DNA of 64,000 nucleotides. It comes from Polyangiaceae bacterium (GTDB taxonomy: Bacteria; Myxococcota_A; Polyangia; Polyangiales; Polyangiaceae). Below, in pieces: positions 9,936 to 20,444 of this stretch. A program made the translations under genes and the position numbers. The notes below the pieces were generated by a model. The model did not search any database. It was not told the origin of the DNA and was given only the letters and a program-made list of their open reading frames with translations. Within the stretch, counting starts at the first letter, position 1, and every line of letters starts with the position of its first letter. The stretch spans positions 39,304-103,303 of the forward strand of contig JBILLK010000037.1 of the NCBI GenBank assembly GCA_044376115.1, read 5' to 3'.

Positions 9936-11381
9936 ATGCGTCTGAAGATCGTCGCTATCTTTTCGTTGGTCGTGCTCGCCGTCGCCGGGTTGGCCTTTGC
10001 GCTTTCACGCGCGGCCGTTACCGCCATGGTGGCACCGGACGCTGCTGCGGCACCGCGCACGCTCGAGGCTGCCAGTGCACAACTGCAGGTCGAGGGGCTA
10101 TCGACTGAACGCTGGCTTTCCGGTCGAGCCGCGGACCCCTCCGTGCGCGAGCCGTTTGCTGCAGGAACGGCCAATGCTCGCTCCGAGGCGGCAACGGGCG
10201 TCGCTGACAAGATCAACGAGGCTGCCGCAAGCGCAACCGAGCTCTTTGGCATCCGTGCTTCGCTGGTGTTGCTGGTGGACGCTCAGGGCGTGGTGCTCGG
10301 TCGCAACGGCTCGAAGCAGCTCCGTGGGGACAACCTCGCTGCGGCTTACCCCTCGCTGAAGGCGGCGCTCGAAGGTGGCGTGGCTTCCACCGATATCTGG
10401 GTCAATCGCGAACGCAACGAGCAGCTTTTCGCCTCTTTTGCGCCGGTTCGCGCGGCAGACGGCAAGATCGTCGGCGCGGTCGTATTTGCCAGCTCAATCA
10501 CCGATGAGCGTTTGACGTCCGCGAGCGAGAAGACCAGCGGCAACGCCATCGCCATCGCCGTCAAGTCGGGCAACGCGCTGGAGTTGGTAGCAAAGTCCAA
10601 CGGCTTCTCCGGCGAGCTGGCCAGCGCGGTCGCTCAGAACCAGGCTGCGGAGGCTGGCATGCAGGCGTTCAGCGCCGCCAAGGCCGTTGACCTTCCCGGG
10701 CTGCCGGCAGGCCACGTGGGCTTGGCTCGCGCGCTCGGCGGCTACGGGGACGGCAAACGCGCTGTGTTGATCGCGATCAGCGCTCCACCCGCGAAGAGCG
10801 TCGCTTCCACGCTGCTATGGCCTTCTTTTGGTGCGGCGCTGTTCGGGCTGCTGCTCGCTGTGATCGCCGGCTACTTGATGGATGCGTATTTGTCCAAGCC
10901 GGTGGCTGAGATTGAAGACGGCCTGCTAGCGATCATGAACGGTCAGACCAACCGTCGCTTGGATCTCGAGCACGCGGTGCTCGGCGGCATCGTGTTTCGC
11001 ATCAACTCGCTCTTGAACCAGCTGTTCGGCGTGTCGGAGGACGACACCGATGAGGAGGGCCGGCCGTCGCGCGCACCCAGCGCGAAGGGGTTGACCGCCG
11101 CACTCAGCGTTGACGAGCGGGTGGTTACGCAAGCCGCGATCGATCCGAGTGGTTCGCTCTTCAGCGAATCGGTGGAGGCGTACCACAAGCGCGTCTTCGA
11201 CGAGTACCTGACGGCCAAGCGTGGTGTCGGTGACCCGACGGATCACATCACCTTCGCCGACTTCCTCGAGCGATTGCGTTCGAGCGAGGCCGAGATGACG
11301 CAGAAGACCGGAAAGCCGGTGCGCTTTCGCGTCGAGCAGCGTGAGAAGGAAGTCGCGCTCGTAGCGATCACCGAGAGCTGA
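9936..11381 (+). CDS. Membrane sensor-like protein (Cache-like periplasmic region, HAMP-like region, MXAN_5187-like C-terminal domain)
   Basis: Two TM segments flank a PAS/Cache-like region; C-terminal YHKRVFDEYLTAKRGVGDPTDHITFADFLERL..VRFRVE resembles the MXAN_5187 C-terminal domain; GAGGAG RBS. Confidence 0.7.
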   Translation: MRLKIVAIFSLVVLAVAGLAFALSRAAVTAMVAPDAAAAPRTLEAASAQLQVEGLSTERWLSGRAADPSVREPFAAGTANARSEAATGVADKINEAAASATELFGIRASLVLLVDAQGVVLGRNGSKQLRGDNLAAAYPSLKAALEGGVASTDIWVNRERNEQLFASFAPVRAADGKIVGAVVFASSITDERLTSASEKTSGNAIAIAVKSGNALELVAKSNGFSGELASAVAQNQAAEAGMQAFSAAKAVDLPGLPAGHVGLARALGGYGDGKRAVLIAISAPPAKSVASTLLWPSFGAALFGLLLAVIAGYLMDAYLSKPVAEIEDGLLAIMNGQTNRRLDLEHAVLGGIVFRINSLLNQLFGVSEDDTDEEGRPSRAPSAKGLTAALSVDERVVTQAAIDPSGSLFSESVEAYHKRVFDEYLTAKRGVGDPTDHITFADFLERLRSSEAEMTQKTGKPVRFRVEQREKEVALVAITES

Positions 11382-11398
11382 GCGCCTGTGCAAATTGA

Positions 11399-11426
11399 GC
11401 TGACCAGCCGCTAGCGCTGGTCAGCC
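11399..11426. terminator. Hairpin between convergent genes (possible terminator)
   Basis: GCTGACCAGC ... GCTGGTCAGC inverted repeat; no clear U tract. Confidence 0.4.
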
Positions 11427-11453
11427 CGCTCGATCGCTCGCGCCTAGGCGCGG

Positions 11454-12377
11454 TTACTTCCCGGGGACGCGGACGAACTCTTCCAAGTTCGGCACCAAGG
11501 TCACCTCGATACGACGGTTCTTCTGCTTCGTCTCCGGCGCGTCATTCGCCGCCACCGGATCGAACTCACCGTAGCCCGCCGCCGATAGGTTCTTGGCGAG
11601 CACCTTCGCGTCGATGAAGATTTTGACGACCTCCACGGCGCGCGCGGTGGAGAGCTCCCAATTGGACGGGAACTTCGGCGTGGAGATGGCGACGTTATCC
11701 GTGTGGCCGGCGACCTGGAACTGACGGTCCGGCATGGCGGCGAGCACCTTGCCGACCTCGGCCAAGGTGTCCCGGCCTTCTTTACGAACCTCCGCCTTGC
11801 CGGAGTCGAAGAGCACGTCGGTCGGCAGCTCGATCACCATCCGGCCGTTGCGCAAAACCACCTTCAATTTGCCGGCGTCGGCGAGCTTCTGGAAGCGCTT
11901 GATCAGCTCCTGAAACTGCGCGACGCGCGCCTCGGATGCGGCCTGTTGCTTGCGCAGCTCCTCGAGTTGCTTACGCGTGTCCGTTAGGGCCTGCGTCAAG
12001 CTGCCCTTCTCGGTGGAGAGCTGGTCAAGGCTGACGCCTGCCGACTTGAGCCGCTCCTGCAGCGCTACGTTCATCACCGAAATTTCGTCGAGCTTGCGAA
12101 TGAGTTCCGCTTGGGCGACGTTGGCTTCTTCAATCTTGCCGTCGCGGCTGCGCATCTCGGCTTGGATGCGAGCCACATCGTTTTGTGCGGCTTGAAGCTT
12201 GCGCGCCAGGTCTGTGGAGCGATTGCGCTCGAACTGGAGGTCGGCGAGCGCTTGGGTGTAGAGCTCTTTCTTGACGCAGCCGACCAGACTTGCGCAGGTG
12301 AGTCCGACCATGACTCGTGCCAAGTTGATGGTCCAACGGGGCCTTCGGCCGTTTGTCTGCTGCAGGCCACGAGTCAT
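11454..12377 (-). CDS. OmpA/MotB C-terminal domain lipoprotein with coiled coil
   Basis: LVGC lipobox, long coiled coil, LFDSGKA, VAGHTDN, NWELSTARA, NRRIEV. Start uncertain. Confidence 0.9.
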   Translation of the reverse strand: MTRGLQQTNGRRPRWTINLARVMVGLTCASLVGCVKKELYTQALADLQFERNRSTDLARKLQAAQNDVARIQAEMRSRDGKIEEANVAQAELIRKLDEISVMNVALQERLKSAGVSLDQLSTEKGSLTQALTDTRKQLEELRKQQAASEARVAQFQELIKRFQKLADAGKLKVVLRNGRMVIELPTDVLFDSGKAEVRKEGRDTLAEVGKVLAAMPDRQFQVAGHTDNVAISTPKFPSNWELSTARAVEVVKIFIDAKVLAKNLSAAGYGEFDPVAANDAPETKQKNRRIEVTLVPNLEEFVRVPGK

Positions 12378-12448
12378 TCTGTTTACTGCATCCACCTTCG
12401 GTGGAATGAACGCTCCGCGGGCTCTAGAGAACATGGGAGACTCCTAAC

Positions 12449-14776
12449 ATGGCGAATGACTCGTGCCAAAGTTCGATGGTTCAAGGGGCCTCCGGCCATT
12501 TTTTCGGAGAAGGCACGAGTCATTTTGTTTGCTGCGTCCGCCATCGGCTCTCCGCTGCGTTGCTCGCGACGAGCCTCAGCGGGCTCGCGCTGCTCGTTGC
12601 ATGTTCGGACGCTGGGCGCGTCGGGTTGCCCCCGGCCCATTCCACCGCCACGCCCGGTGAAACCGCTCAGACGAGCGTTGCTTCGAGCGCAGCCACCGCG
12701 CCGGTCGCGGAGGCTGCGCCGGCCTGGGTCGAGCTCGTTCGACTCGAGCGTTTCCGCGAGGCGCATAGCGCGCTCGAGCAGTTGGATGACGCTGCTAAGT
12801 CGAGCCCCGAGATGCGTTTTCTACGTGCTCGTGTGGCGAAGGAGGCAGGTGAGCCCAAGCTGGCCTACGCACTCACCGAGGGCCTGACGTTGCCCATGTT
12901 CGCCGATGAAGTGCTCGCCCTGCGCGCGGAGGCCGCGCTCGAGGTTGGGCCCTATGCAGACGCGATCGTTTACTACGAGAACCGTGGCTCCGCGGGGGAC
13001 TTGGTCAACGCTGCGCGGGCGGCGCTGCGTGGCAAAGATGCAGCGCGCGCGCTGGCGCTCGCTGACCGCGCGTTGGTTTCGGCGCAGAAGTCGAAGCGAC
13101 TGACGGATGAACGCCGAGCCCACGATCTCCGTTGCAAGGCGCTGCACGAGAAGAATGAAGACGCCAAGGCCGTCACCAGCCTCAAATGGCTCGCCACGCG
13201 CTTTCCCAACACGCGTGAAGGCAAAGACGCGCTCGCTCAACTTCCGCCCGCCGCGCTCAGCGACAGCGAGAAGCGCGAGGTGGTCGATTCGCTGATTGAG
13301 GCCGGCGCAGGCGCCGAAGCGCTCTCGCGGCTGAAGCTCTACGCCGACGTCTTCAAGAAACCGGAGCTCGCGCATCTCACGGCCATGGCCGAATACAAGG
13401 CGCGCAAATACAAGGCGGCCGCAGACGCCTTCCTGGCTGCCGCGCGCCATGATTCGCCCCGCACGGCCGAGCAACTCTATTACGCGGCTCGATCGCTCGC
13501 GCGCAGCAAGCGCGAAGATGAAGCACTCAAGCGCTACGCCGAAGTCGAGAAGCGCTTCAAAAAAGGGACGTGGGCCGAACGAGCCAGCTATCAGCGCGCA
13601 TCGCTGCTGCAGTCGCAAGGCCGCTACGAGGACGCGGTGAAGGCCTACACCACCTTCTTGGCGAAGTTCAGTAAGAGCGCAGATCGCGATGAGGCCGAAT
13701 ACGGCCTGGCTCTGTCGCTGCTCTCGGCCAACAAGCCCGCCGACGCGCAGAAGGTGTTCGCAAAGATGGCCGAGCGCGCCAAGAAGACCGATTGGGGCTT
13801 CTTCAAAGAGCTCGAGGGTGTGGCCGCCATGCGAGCGAAGGATGAAGCCGCCGCCACGCGCCTGTTCAACGAAGTCGCACGCGAGCAGCCGCTGACCTGG
13901 GCCTCAGCGATGTCGCGCGCGCGGCTCGAGCAGCTCGGTAAGCCGCTCCCTCCGCTGATCGGTAAGGCCGAAGGCGGGCAAGCTCTCCCGCTGCCGGTGG
14001 TGCTCCCAGCCAAGGCACGCACGCTCTTGTCGCTGGGGCTCGACCGCGACGCCGAGGCTTGGCTCGCCTCCAATGAGTCCCTTGCAAGCCAGCCGTATCC
14101 CGCGCGCGAGACCGAGGCCCTGTGCGCGATGTACGGGCAGCTTTCGCGCGCCAAACGCCGCTACAAAGTCGGGTCGCAAGCCGTGAGCTTCGAGAGCTTG
14201 ATGCGCGCGCCCGCTCCTCAAGAGCGTTGGTCTTGGGAGTGCCTCTACCCTTCGCCGTACTTGTCGCGCGTTCGCGAGCTCGAGCAACAGCGCAATCTCC
14301 CCTCTGGCCTGATCCACGGGGTGATGCGGCAAGAGAGCACGTTCGACCCGGACATTCGCTCGCCGGCAGGCGCGATGGGGCTGATGCAGCTGATGCCGAC
14401 GACCGCCGAGGAGGCTGCTCGCGAAGCGAAGCTCGAGAACTTCCGTGCAGACGACGTGACCGTCCCGGAGGTCAACCTGCAGCTCGGCAGCTTCTATCTC
14501 GCCAAGATGCTGCAGAAGTTCGAGGGCAACGCGGCGCTCGCTGCCGCGGCCTACAACGGCGGGCCGCAAGCCGTGTCGCGCTGGGTGGAAACGGCGAAGG
14601 AGCTCGAAGCGGACGTGTTCGTCGCGCGCATCCCCTTCGAGGAAACGCGCAACTACACGATGAAGGTGATGACCAACCTACAGCGCTACCAATGGCTCGC
14701 GGGAGGGGAGGCCGCCGTCGCACCGCTCTCGCTCAACCTGCCGTCGAAGACGTCGGTTGGCGAAGAAGACTACTGA
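12449..14776 (+). CDS. Soluble lytic murein transglycosylase (SLT domain) with TPR repeats
   Basis: MRQESTF, SPAGAMGLMQLMPTTA, AAYNGGP, IPFEETRNY; helical TPR repeats; lipobox LVAC. True start probably slightly downstream. Confidence 0.92.
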   Translation: MANDSCQSSMVQGASGHFFGEGTSHFVCCVRHRLSAALLATSLSGLALLVACSDAGRVGLPPAHSTATPGETAQTSVASSAATAPVAEAAPAWVELVRLERFREAHSALEQLDDAAKSSPEMRFLRARVAKEAGEPKLAYALTEGLTLPMFADEVLALRAEAALEVGPYADAIVYYENRGSAGDLVNAARAALRGKDAARALALADRALVSAQKSKRLTDERRAHDLRCKALHEKNEDAKAVTSLKWLATRFPNTREGKDALAQLPPAALSDSEKREVVDSLIEAGAGAEALSRLKLYADVFKKPELAHLTAMAEYKARKYKAAADAFLAAARHDSPRTAEQLYYAARSLARSKREDEALKRYAEVEKRFKKGTWAERASYQRASLLQSQGRYEDAVKAYTTFLAKFSKSADRDEAEYGLALSLLSANKPADAQKVFAKMAERAKKTDWGFFKELEGVAAMRAKDEAAATRLFNEVAREQPLTWASAMSRARLEQLGKPLPPLIGKAEGGQALPLPVVLPAKARTLLSLGLDRDAEAWLASNESLASQPYPARETEALCAMYGQLSRAKRRYKVGSQAVSFESLMRAPAPQERWSWECLYPSPYLSRVRELEQQRNLPSGLIHGVMRQESTFDPDIRSPAGAMGLMQLMPTTAEEAAREAKLENFRADDVTVPEVNLQLGSFYLAKMLQKFEGNAALAAAAYNGGPQAVSRWVETAKELEADVFVARIPFEETRNYTMKVMTNLQRYQWLAGGEAAVAPLSLNLPSKTSVGEEDY

Positions 14777-14777
14777 G

Positions 14778-15647
14778 GTGCGACTCGCCCTGCGAACGTG
14801 CGTGGCGAGCTTGCTCGCCCAAGTGGTCGCTTGCTCGTCCGGCGCATCTTCGCAACGAGCGGATGCGTTGCCTGCGCCGCCGTCCACCGCGACTGGCGCT
14901 GCGAGCCCGGGTGAAAGCGGCCCCAACGCAGTCTCCGCGCTGGCGGTGACCAACGCCGGTCGGGAGCTGCCGGTGACGCGGGTTTTCTCCCAGCGGCTTC
15001 CTTATTCGGACGCCGTCACCTTCACCTTCGTGGACCGTAACGACGTTGATTGCAGCTCGCTGCCGCGCGCCGGTGCTCCCGGCTTCGTCGCCTCGATGCT
15101 GGTCAGTCGCTACTTGAGCTCGGAGCGCGGCGAACCTTCGCGGAGGCCGTTGCGGATCAAGCACTTCACCGTCGGGCGCCAGCAGGTCGACGGGCCTTTC
15201 GACTTGCTCGAGCCGTTCATCGAGCCGACGACGGCGACGCTGATGTTTGGGGAGGTCCGCGCCGCCGCTGCGACGGTCGCGATTCGCGGCAAGGTGCAGG
15301 CGGAAGTTTGCCTCCCGCCGCCTGCGGAGGGGAAAGACAACGTCGCTGCGGACTTTTTACTTAGTTATTTAGGTGTGCGGCTGCGCGTGCGCGGCGCAAC
15401 GCTAAAGAACGGCGTGCTCCGGCTCAGCACCGCGCCGCTTACCTGCAGCGACGAAGTGCAAGGGGACTTCGAGGTGCGGCTGCAAGGCGAGACCGTCGCC
15501 ATTGATGGTTGGGCTAGCCCGCGCAGCAGCGCTTTTGTCGGCAAAGCTCAGCTGAGTCGGCGCGGCAGCGAACACCTACTGAAGGTCAACGGCACGCTCG
15601 GCGGGCCGCTCGTGCTCGAGGGCGCCGTCACCCCGCTTGGCTGCTAA
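14778..15647 (+). CDS. Hypothetical lipoprotein
   Basis: Lipobox VVAC; directly follows the SLT gene. Confidence 0.6.
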   Translation: MRLALRTCVASLLAQVVACSSGASSQRADALPAPPSTATGAASPGESGPNAVSALAVTNAGRELPVTRVFSQRLPYSDAVTFTFVDRNDVDCSSLPRAGAPGFVASMLVSRYLSSERGEPSRRPLRIKHFTVGRQQVDGPFDLLEPFIEPTTATLMFGEVRAAAATVAIRGKVQAEVCLPPPAEGKDNVAADFLLSYLGVRLRVRGATLKNGVLRLSTAPLTCSDEVQGDFEVRLQGETVAIDGWASPRSSAFVGKAQLSRRGSEHLLKVNGTLGGPLVLEGAVTPLGC

Positions 15648-15650
15648 TGC

Positions 15651-17042
15651 TTAATTGCGCCCGGGCGTCTTCAGCGGCGGCTTCTTCGGCTTGACGATGC
15701 CAGTGCTGCTGGGCTTGCTGCCGACGGGGCGAGGTAGCGGTGTTGCGGTGGTCGATTTCGCGGCGGAGGCGCTGGTAGAGGGGGCTGTGGAGGGCGCCGC
15801 GGAGGCCTCAGGCGGCGCGCTCTCAAGCGCGCTTGCGGTTTGGCTCGCTGCGGTGGGTTTGCTGGAGGAGGGCGCTTCGCTCTCGTCTTCCTCCGCTCCC
15901 TCGTCTGCGACTGCGTTGCGTTGGCTGCTCTGCGATGGCGGGCCCCAAAAGTAGAATGCACCGGCTGCCCCGACCGCGAGCATCATCAACCCAAGCAGCA
16001 CCACCAAGCCTGTGTTGACCGGATTGCGCGCAAGTCCCGGAGCCGCGGTCTTGGCAAAGGCTTTGTCGGTGCCTGCGCCGGCCGAAGGCGAGGCGCCCCT
16101 CGCGCCCAGCTGCCGCTCCGGCGCCGTTCGCTCTTCGCTCACGAGCGCGGCTGCGCTCGCGTGCGGCGGGTCCTCTCCGCGCAGCACCGCCCGTACGTCG
16201 GCTTGCATGGTGACCGCGTCGGGGTAACGGCGGTCCCGATCGAACACCAGCGCTCGGTCGATCAGCTTGGCCAAGCGTGGATTGATCGTCGGCGACACGA
16301 GGAGGACCGACGGAGCCGGCGTCGAGCCCATCTTCATCAGCAGCTCGGCGTCCGTTTCGGCCTCGTGAATGCGGCGCTTGGTCAGGATGCGAAACATGGT
16401 TGCGCCGATCGCGAACAAGTCCACGCGGCCATCGACGGGCTTGGCGTGAATCTGCTCGGGCGCCATGTACGGCGTGGTCCCGAGCATCGCGCCGGTGCGC
16501 GTTCGAACTCCACCGCCGCCACTCTCACGCATGCGCGCGATCCCGAAGTCGAGCACCTTGACCTGGCCTTCACGCGTGATGAACAGGTTGTCCGGCTTGA
16601 TGTCGCGATGCACGATGCCAGCGGCGTGCGCTGCGATCATCACGTCGAGCACGCCGTCCACGTAGCGCAGCAGGTCCTCCTCGGCGATGTTTCCCAAGCG
16701 ATAGGCGCGCTGCCCGAGCGACTCCCCGTTGAGCAACTCCATCACCATGAAGGGCGCGCCGTCTTCCGTCGCGTCCACGTCGAAGACTTGCACTGTGCCC
16801 GGGTGACCGAGCTTCGCGATGGCTTGGGCCTCTTGCTCAAACCGTGCGCGCAACTCTTTGGAAACGGCGATCTGCGGGTGCAGGATCTTGATCGCCGCTT
16901 TGTGCCCGAGCTTGTGTGTGGCCGAGTACACAGCGGCCATGCCGCCGACTCCCAAGAGCGAATCCAGCTTCCAGGTTTCGCGCACGGTGGTTCCCACCCG
17001 TGCTTGGGAGATCTCGAGGTCCTCGTTGTCCGAGCCGGACAT
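15651..17042 (-). CDS. Hanks-type Ser/Thr protein kinase, transmembrane
   Basis: LGVGGMAAVY, AIKIL, HRDIKPDN, DFGIA, GTTPYMAPEQ; TM helix and Pro/Ser/Thr-rich tail. Confidence 0.95.
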   Translation of the reverse strand: MSGSDNEDLEISQARVGTTVRETWKLDSLLGVGGMAAVYSATHKLGHKAAIKILHPQIAVSKELRARFEQEAQAIAKLGHPGTVQVFDVDATEDGAPFMVMELLNGESLGQRAYRLGNIAEEDLLRYVDGVLDVMIAAHAAGIVHRDIKPDNLFITREGQVKVLDFGIARMRESGGGGVRTRTGAMLGTTPYMAPEQIHAKPVDGRVDLFAIGATMFRILTKRRIHEAETDAELLMKMGSTPAPSVLLVSPTINPRLAKLIDRALVFDRDRRYPDAVTMQADVRAVLRGEDPPHASAAALVSEERTAPERQLGARGASPSAGAGTDKAFAKTAAPGLARNPVNTGLVVLLGLMMLAVGAAGAFYFWGPPSQSSQRNAVADEGAEEDESEAPSSSKPTAASQTASALESAPPEASAAPSTAPSTSASAAKSTTATPLPRPVGSKPSSTGIVKPKKPPLKTPGRN

Positions 17043-17182
17043 GGCGTCGCAGGCTAGTCCATCGGGCCTGAAGTTTCTTGAACCGATCGCTGCCTCGCAC
17101 GAGCTCAGCCGAATTGAGGTTTTGCGCGATGTTGGGTTGACAAACCGTCGGCACGGTGGCTCTATTGACCAGAGGTCAATAT

Positions 17183-18424
17183 ATGGGTTCGATCCGCGAG
17201 GTCTCGGAGAAGCTGCTGTCTGGTGCTCTGAACCCCGAAAAGTACCCGCCGATGGCGCCAAGGTTTGAACGCGAGGAGGTCGCTCCAGGGGTGCACTTCG
17301 TCTCGGCCTTCGCCAACGTCGTGGCCTTCGAGACGGCGGACGGCCTGGTGATGGTCGATGTCGGGAGCTTCCTCTTCTCCGAGCAGACCCGCGAGGTGTT
17401 GCGTAGCCACGTGAAGGCTCCGCTGCATTCGGCGATCTATACCCACGGCCACGTGGACCACTGCTTCGGCGTCGAGCTGTATGAGGCGGAGCCTGAAGCG
17501 AAGCCGGTGCAGATCCTTGCTCACTCCGCAGTGAAGCGCCGATTTGACCGCTACAAGCTTACGCGCGGCTACAACACGCATATCAACCAACGGCAATTCC
17601 AGGTCGGGCACGAGTTCCCGGGGGAGTTCCGCGAGCCAACCATCACCTTCGAGGAGACGTTGGAGTTCAGCGTCGGCGGCCGCACCTTTCAGCTGCGTCA
17701 CTCGCTCGGTGAGACCGATGACCACGCTTGGGTTTGGGAGCCACAAAGCAAAGTGTTGTGCACCGGCGACCTCTTCATTTGGGCGTCACCAAACTGCGGT
17801 AACCCGCAGAAGGCCCAGCGTTACCCGCGCGAGTGGGCAGCCGCCTTGCGCGAGATGGCGGCGCTCGAGCCCGAGGTGCTATGCCCTGGTCACGGCGTAC
17901 CCATCTGGGGAAAGCAGGCCGTGAACGCAGCGTTAGTCAACACCGCCGACTACCTGGATTCGCTGGTGAACGACGTGCTCGCGTTGCTCAATCAAGGGGC
18001 GCGTTTGGATACGATTCTGGCGGAGGTGAGCGCGCCCGCAGAGCTCGCGAAGCTGCCTTATCTTCGGCCGGTCTACGACGAGCCCGAGTTCATCGTGCGC
18101 AACATCGTCAGGTTGTACGGCGGCTGGTGGGACGGCAATCCGGCCCAGCTCAAGCCCGCCCGCGAGGAGGCGCTCGCGCGGGAGCTCAGCCGCATGGTCG
18201 GCGGCGGCAGTGTGCTAACGCAACGCGCCCTTCGGCTGCGCGACGAAGGTGATCTCAAGCTCGCGTGCCATCTGATCGAGATCGCCGCGGCTGCAGAGCC
18301 GGATAGCGCCAGCGTCTTCGAGGCGCGGTCGGCCATCTACGCGGCCCGCGCGAAGGGCGAGATTTCGCTGATGGCGCGCGGAGTTTTCTCCTCGGCCGCT
18401 CAAGAAAAGAGCGGGCGCAAGTAG
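17183..18424 (+). CDS. MBL-fold metallo-hydrolase (alkyl/aryl sulfatase-like with dimerisation domain)
   Basis: THGHVDH, GETDDH, GDLF, PGHG, YGGWWDGNPAQL. Confidence 0.88.
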   Translation: MGSIREVSEKLLSGALNPEKYPPMAPRFEREEVAPGVHFVSAFANVVAFETADGLVMVDVGSFLFSEQTREVLRSHVKAPLHSAIYTHGHVDHCFGVELYEAEPEAKPVQILAHSAVKRRFDRYKLTRGYNTHINQRQFQVGHEFPGEFREPTITFEETLEFSVGGRTFQLRHSLGETDDHAWVWEPQSKVLCTGDLFIWASPNCGNPQKAQRYPREWAAALREMAALEPEVLCPGHGVPIWGKQAVNAALVNTADYLDSLVNDVLALLNQGARLDTILAEVSAPAELAKLPYLRPVYDEPEFIVRNIVRLYGGWWDGNPAQLKPAREEALARELSRMVGGGSVLTQRALRLRDEGDLKLACHLIEIAAAAEPDSASVFEARSAIYAARAKGEISLMARGVFSSAAQEKSGRK

Positions 18425-18488
18425 CGCGACGCTTGAAGCTCCTGAGAAGCTCCACCGTCGGCTCACGAAGGGCTCACATCGGTAGGCT

Positions 18489-19244
18489 TTGATGCGCGGG
18501 ATGAACTCCGATCAGGCCTCGACCGAAGCGCCCTCCACGCCAAGGAAGCTCGCACTCGCTGAGACGCCGCCCAAGTCGAGCGCTCACACCGGCATGCTGC
18601 AGGCTGGGGACCTCCCCATGCTAGTGCTGACCAGCTTCTCTTGCTGTTTGCTTTGGGTCCGCATGGCGCGCACCGGTGAAGCGCGTTTTCGGTTCTTGCT
18701 TTGGAACCTGTTTCTGGCGCTGCTCCCGCTGCTCGTTGGGCGCATCGCGCTCTTGCGTCCACGGCGTTCTGGGGTTGTGGTTGCGTTGCTGTTGGTTTGG
18801 CTCGCGCTCTTCCCGAACGCGCCCTACCTCGTGACGGACCTCGTGCACCTAACCCGTGCGGGTACCAGCGCGCCGTTGTGGTTCGATCTGCTGCTCTTGC
18901 TCTCCTTCGCTGTAACGGGGCTCCTTTTTGCTTTCCGCTCGCTTGACGAGGTGCTCGCTTGGCTATGCGCGCGTTTGGGTCACGCGGTGCGCTTGCCGGC
19001 GCTCGGCGGGCTTTGTTTGCTCGCCTCCTTCGGTATCTACCTCGGCCGCTTTCTCCGCTGGAATAGCTGGGACCTGCTCACCTCGCCGAGAAGGGTCGCC
19101 TCCTCGGTGGTTGAGATCTTGAGCGGGCCCAAGGCGTTCTCTGCGCTTGGTTTTAGTGCGCTATTCGGCGGCTTTCTCGTACTGGCCTATTGGGGCTGGT
19201 CCCGCCAGCTGCGAACCAGCCGTTCAGCTGAAGGCAGTTACTAG
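18489..19244 (+). CDS. DUF1361 family membrane protein
   Basis: FLLWNLFLA, WLALFPNAPYLVTDLVHL, GIYLGRFLRWNSWD. Confidence 0.88.
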   Translation: MMRGMNSDQASTEAPSTPRKLALAETPPKSSAHTGMLQAGDLPMLVLTSFSCCLLWVRMARTGEARFRFLLWNLFLALLPLLVGRIALLRPRRSGVVVALLLVWLALFPNAPYLVTDLVHLTRAGTSAPLWFDLLLLLSFAVTGLLFAFRSLDEVLAWLCARLGHAVRLPALGGLCLLASFGIYLGRFLRWNSWDLLTSPRRVASSVVEILSGPKAFSALGFSALFGGFLVLAYWGWSRQLRTSRSAEGSY

Positions 19245-19618
19245 CGGCCGGGCAGGTTCTCCGCAGCGGGGCAGGCCCACGGCATCGGTGCGCGCTCGGT
19301 GCAGCCCTCTTGGCCGTTGCATACCTCACAACGCACCAAACAGCCGCCAATATCGCCGTAAACGCAGGGCACGTTGCTGCGCTCCTTGTTGCAGCGGGCA
19401 AACCCGCGCTCCGGCGGGTTGTCACAAGAGGGTGGCTTCGGCGCAGCGACGACCGCTGCAGCCGAGCTGCTTCGCACCGGAGCCGCATCTTCTTTTTCTG
19501 GCTCTGGCAGCGGTGCCCCGGCGAAATATTCTTCATCGCCGACGCGCGAGCCGCCGCAAGCAACCGCGATCAATAGAGCCAGGAGCAATAGAGCGAGCCC
19601 GCGCAGCGTGTGCTTCAT
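19241..19618 (-). CDS. Small Cys-rich hypothetical lipoprotein
   Basis: MKHTLRGLALLLLALLIAVAC lipobox; 8 further Cys; ATGA overlap with the upstream gene. Confidence 0.7.
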   Translation of the reverse strand: MKHTLRGLALLLLALLIAVACGGSRVGDEEYFAGAPLPEPEKEDAAPVRSSSAAAVVAAPKPPSCDNPPERGFARCNKERSNVPCVYGDIGGCLVRCEVCNGQEGCTERAPMPWACPAAENLPGR

Positions 19619-20412
19619 GGTCCGCTGCTGGCTGGTTTGGCCGTGGCCGTGGGTTTGGGCGCGGTGGGAAAGGGAAAGCCCGACGGGAAAGCGGTCGGTA
19701 GCGCGGTGGGGATCGTCGTCGGCAGCGCGGTGGGGATCCACGAGGGGAGGCCGCTCGGAATGCCGGTTGGCAACGTTGTCGGTGCGGCCGTGGGCGTGCT
19801 GCTCGAAGCAGGCGTGCCTCCCGGTTTTGGCGGCGCAGGCGGATCTGAAGGCTTAGCGGTCTCGACCGGCTTGGTCGGATCGGCCGCGCTGGTCACTGCC
19901 GGGGCTGCCGTCGTTCCAGCGGTCGCCGTCACGCTCGCCGCAGCTGAACCTCGCTTGCTCGGCCCTTCCGCGGTAGCGGCGTCTCCACGCTCGCGCAGAC
20001 TGAGCACGATGAAGGTAACGGCGACGCCCGCTGCCACCAGCACCGCGCCGATGAGCAGCCACGACGTCCCACCCTCTTGCGCTTTGGGCGCTGCAACGGG
20101 CCGCGGATTGACCACCGTCTTGTCGTCGGCTGCGACGGTTTGCCCCGGCTTCTTGTAGACCTTCGTCTTCTCGTCGATCGAAGGAAGGGTCCGCCCGACG
20201 GGCGCTGCGCCGGCCGCCGTTGCGCCCGGTGAAGCCGCCGCGCCAGCGTCGGTTAGCAGCGTCTTCTTGACGATGACCTTGCCATCCTCGCGCCGAAGCG
20301 TTGGCCCATCCATGTTGCCGAGCTCGGGGCTCTCGTGAGCGGATACGTCGGTCTTTTTGGGAAGCGTGGGGATCTCATCGGTCGATCCCGGGTTCTGCTT
20401 GTCCGCGGCCAT
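19615..20412 (-). CDS. Hypothetical single-pass membrane protein, Pro/Thr-rich
   Basis: Central TM helix; C-terminal tetrapeptide-like repeats (PTAL/PTTI/PSGF). ATG at 20412 has a TAAGGT -10 box 7 nt upstream. Confidence 0.7.
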   Translation of the reverse strand: MAADKQNPGSTDEIPTLPKKTDVSAHESPELGNMDGPTLRREDGKVIVKKTLLTDAGAAASPGATAAGAAPVGRTLPSIDEKTKVYKKPGQTVAADDKTVVNPRPVAAPKAQEGGTSWLLIGAVLVAAGVAVTFIVLSLRERGDAATAEGPSKRGSAAASVTATAGTTAAPAVTSAADPTKPVETAKPSDPPAPPKPGGTPASSSTPTAAPTTLPTGIPSGLPSWIPTALPTTIPTALPTAFPSGFPFPTAPKPTATAKPASSGP

Positions 20413-20444
20413 GACCGGCACCTTAGGCTAACTTGCGTTGGGCT

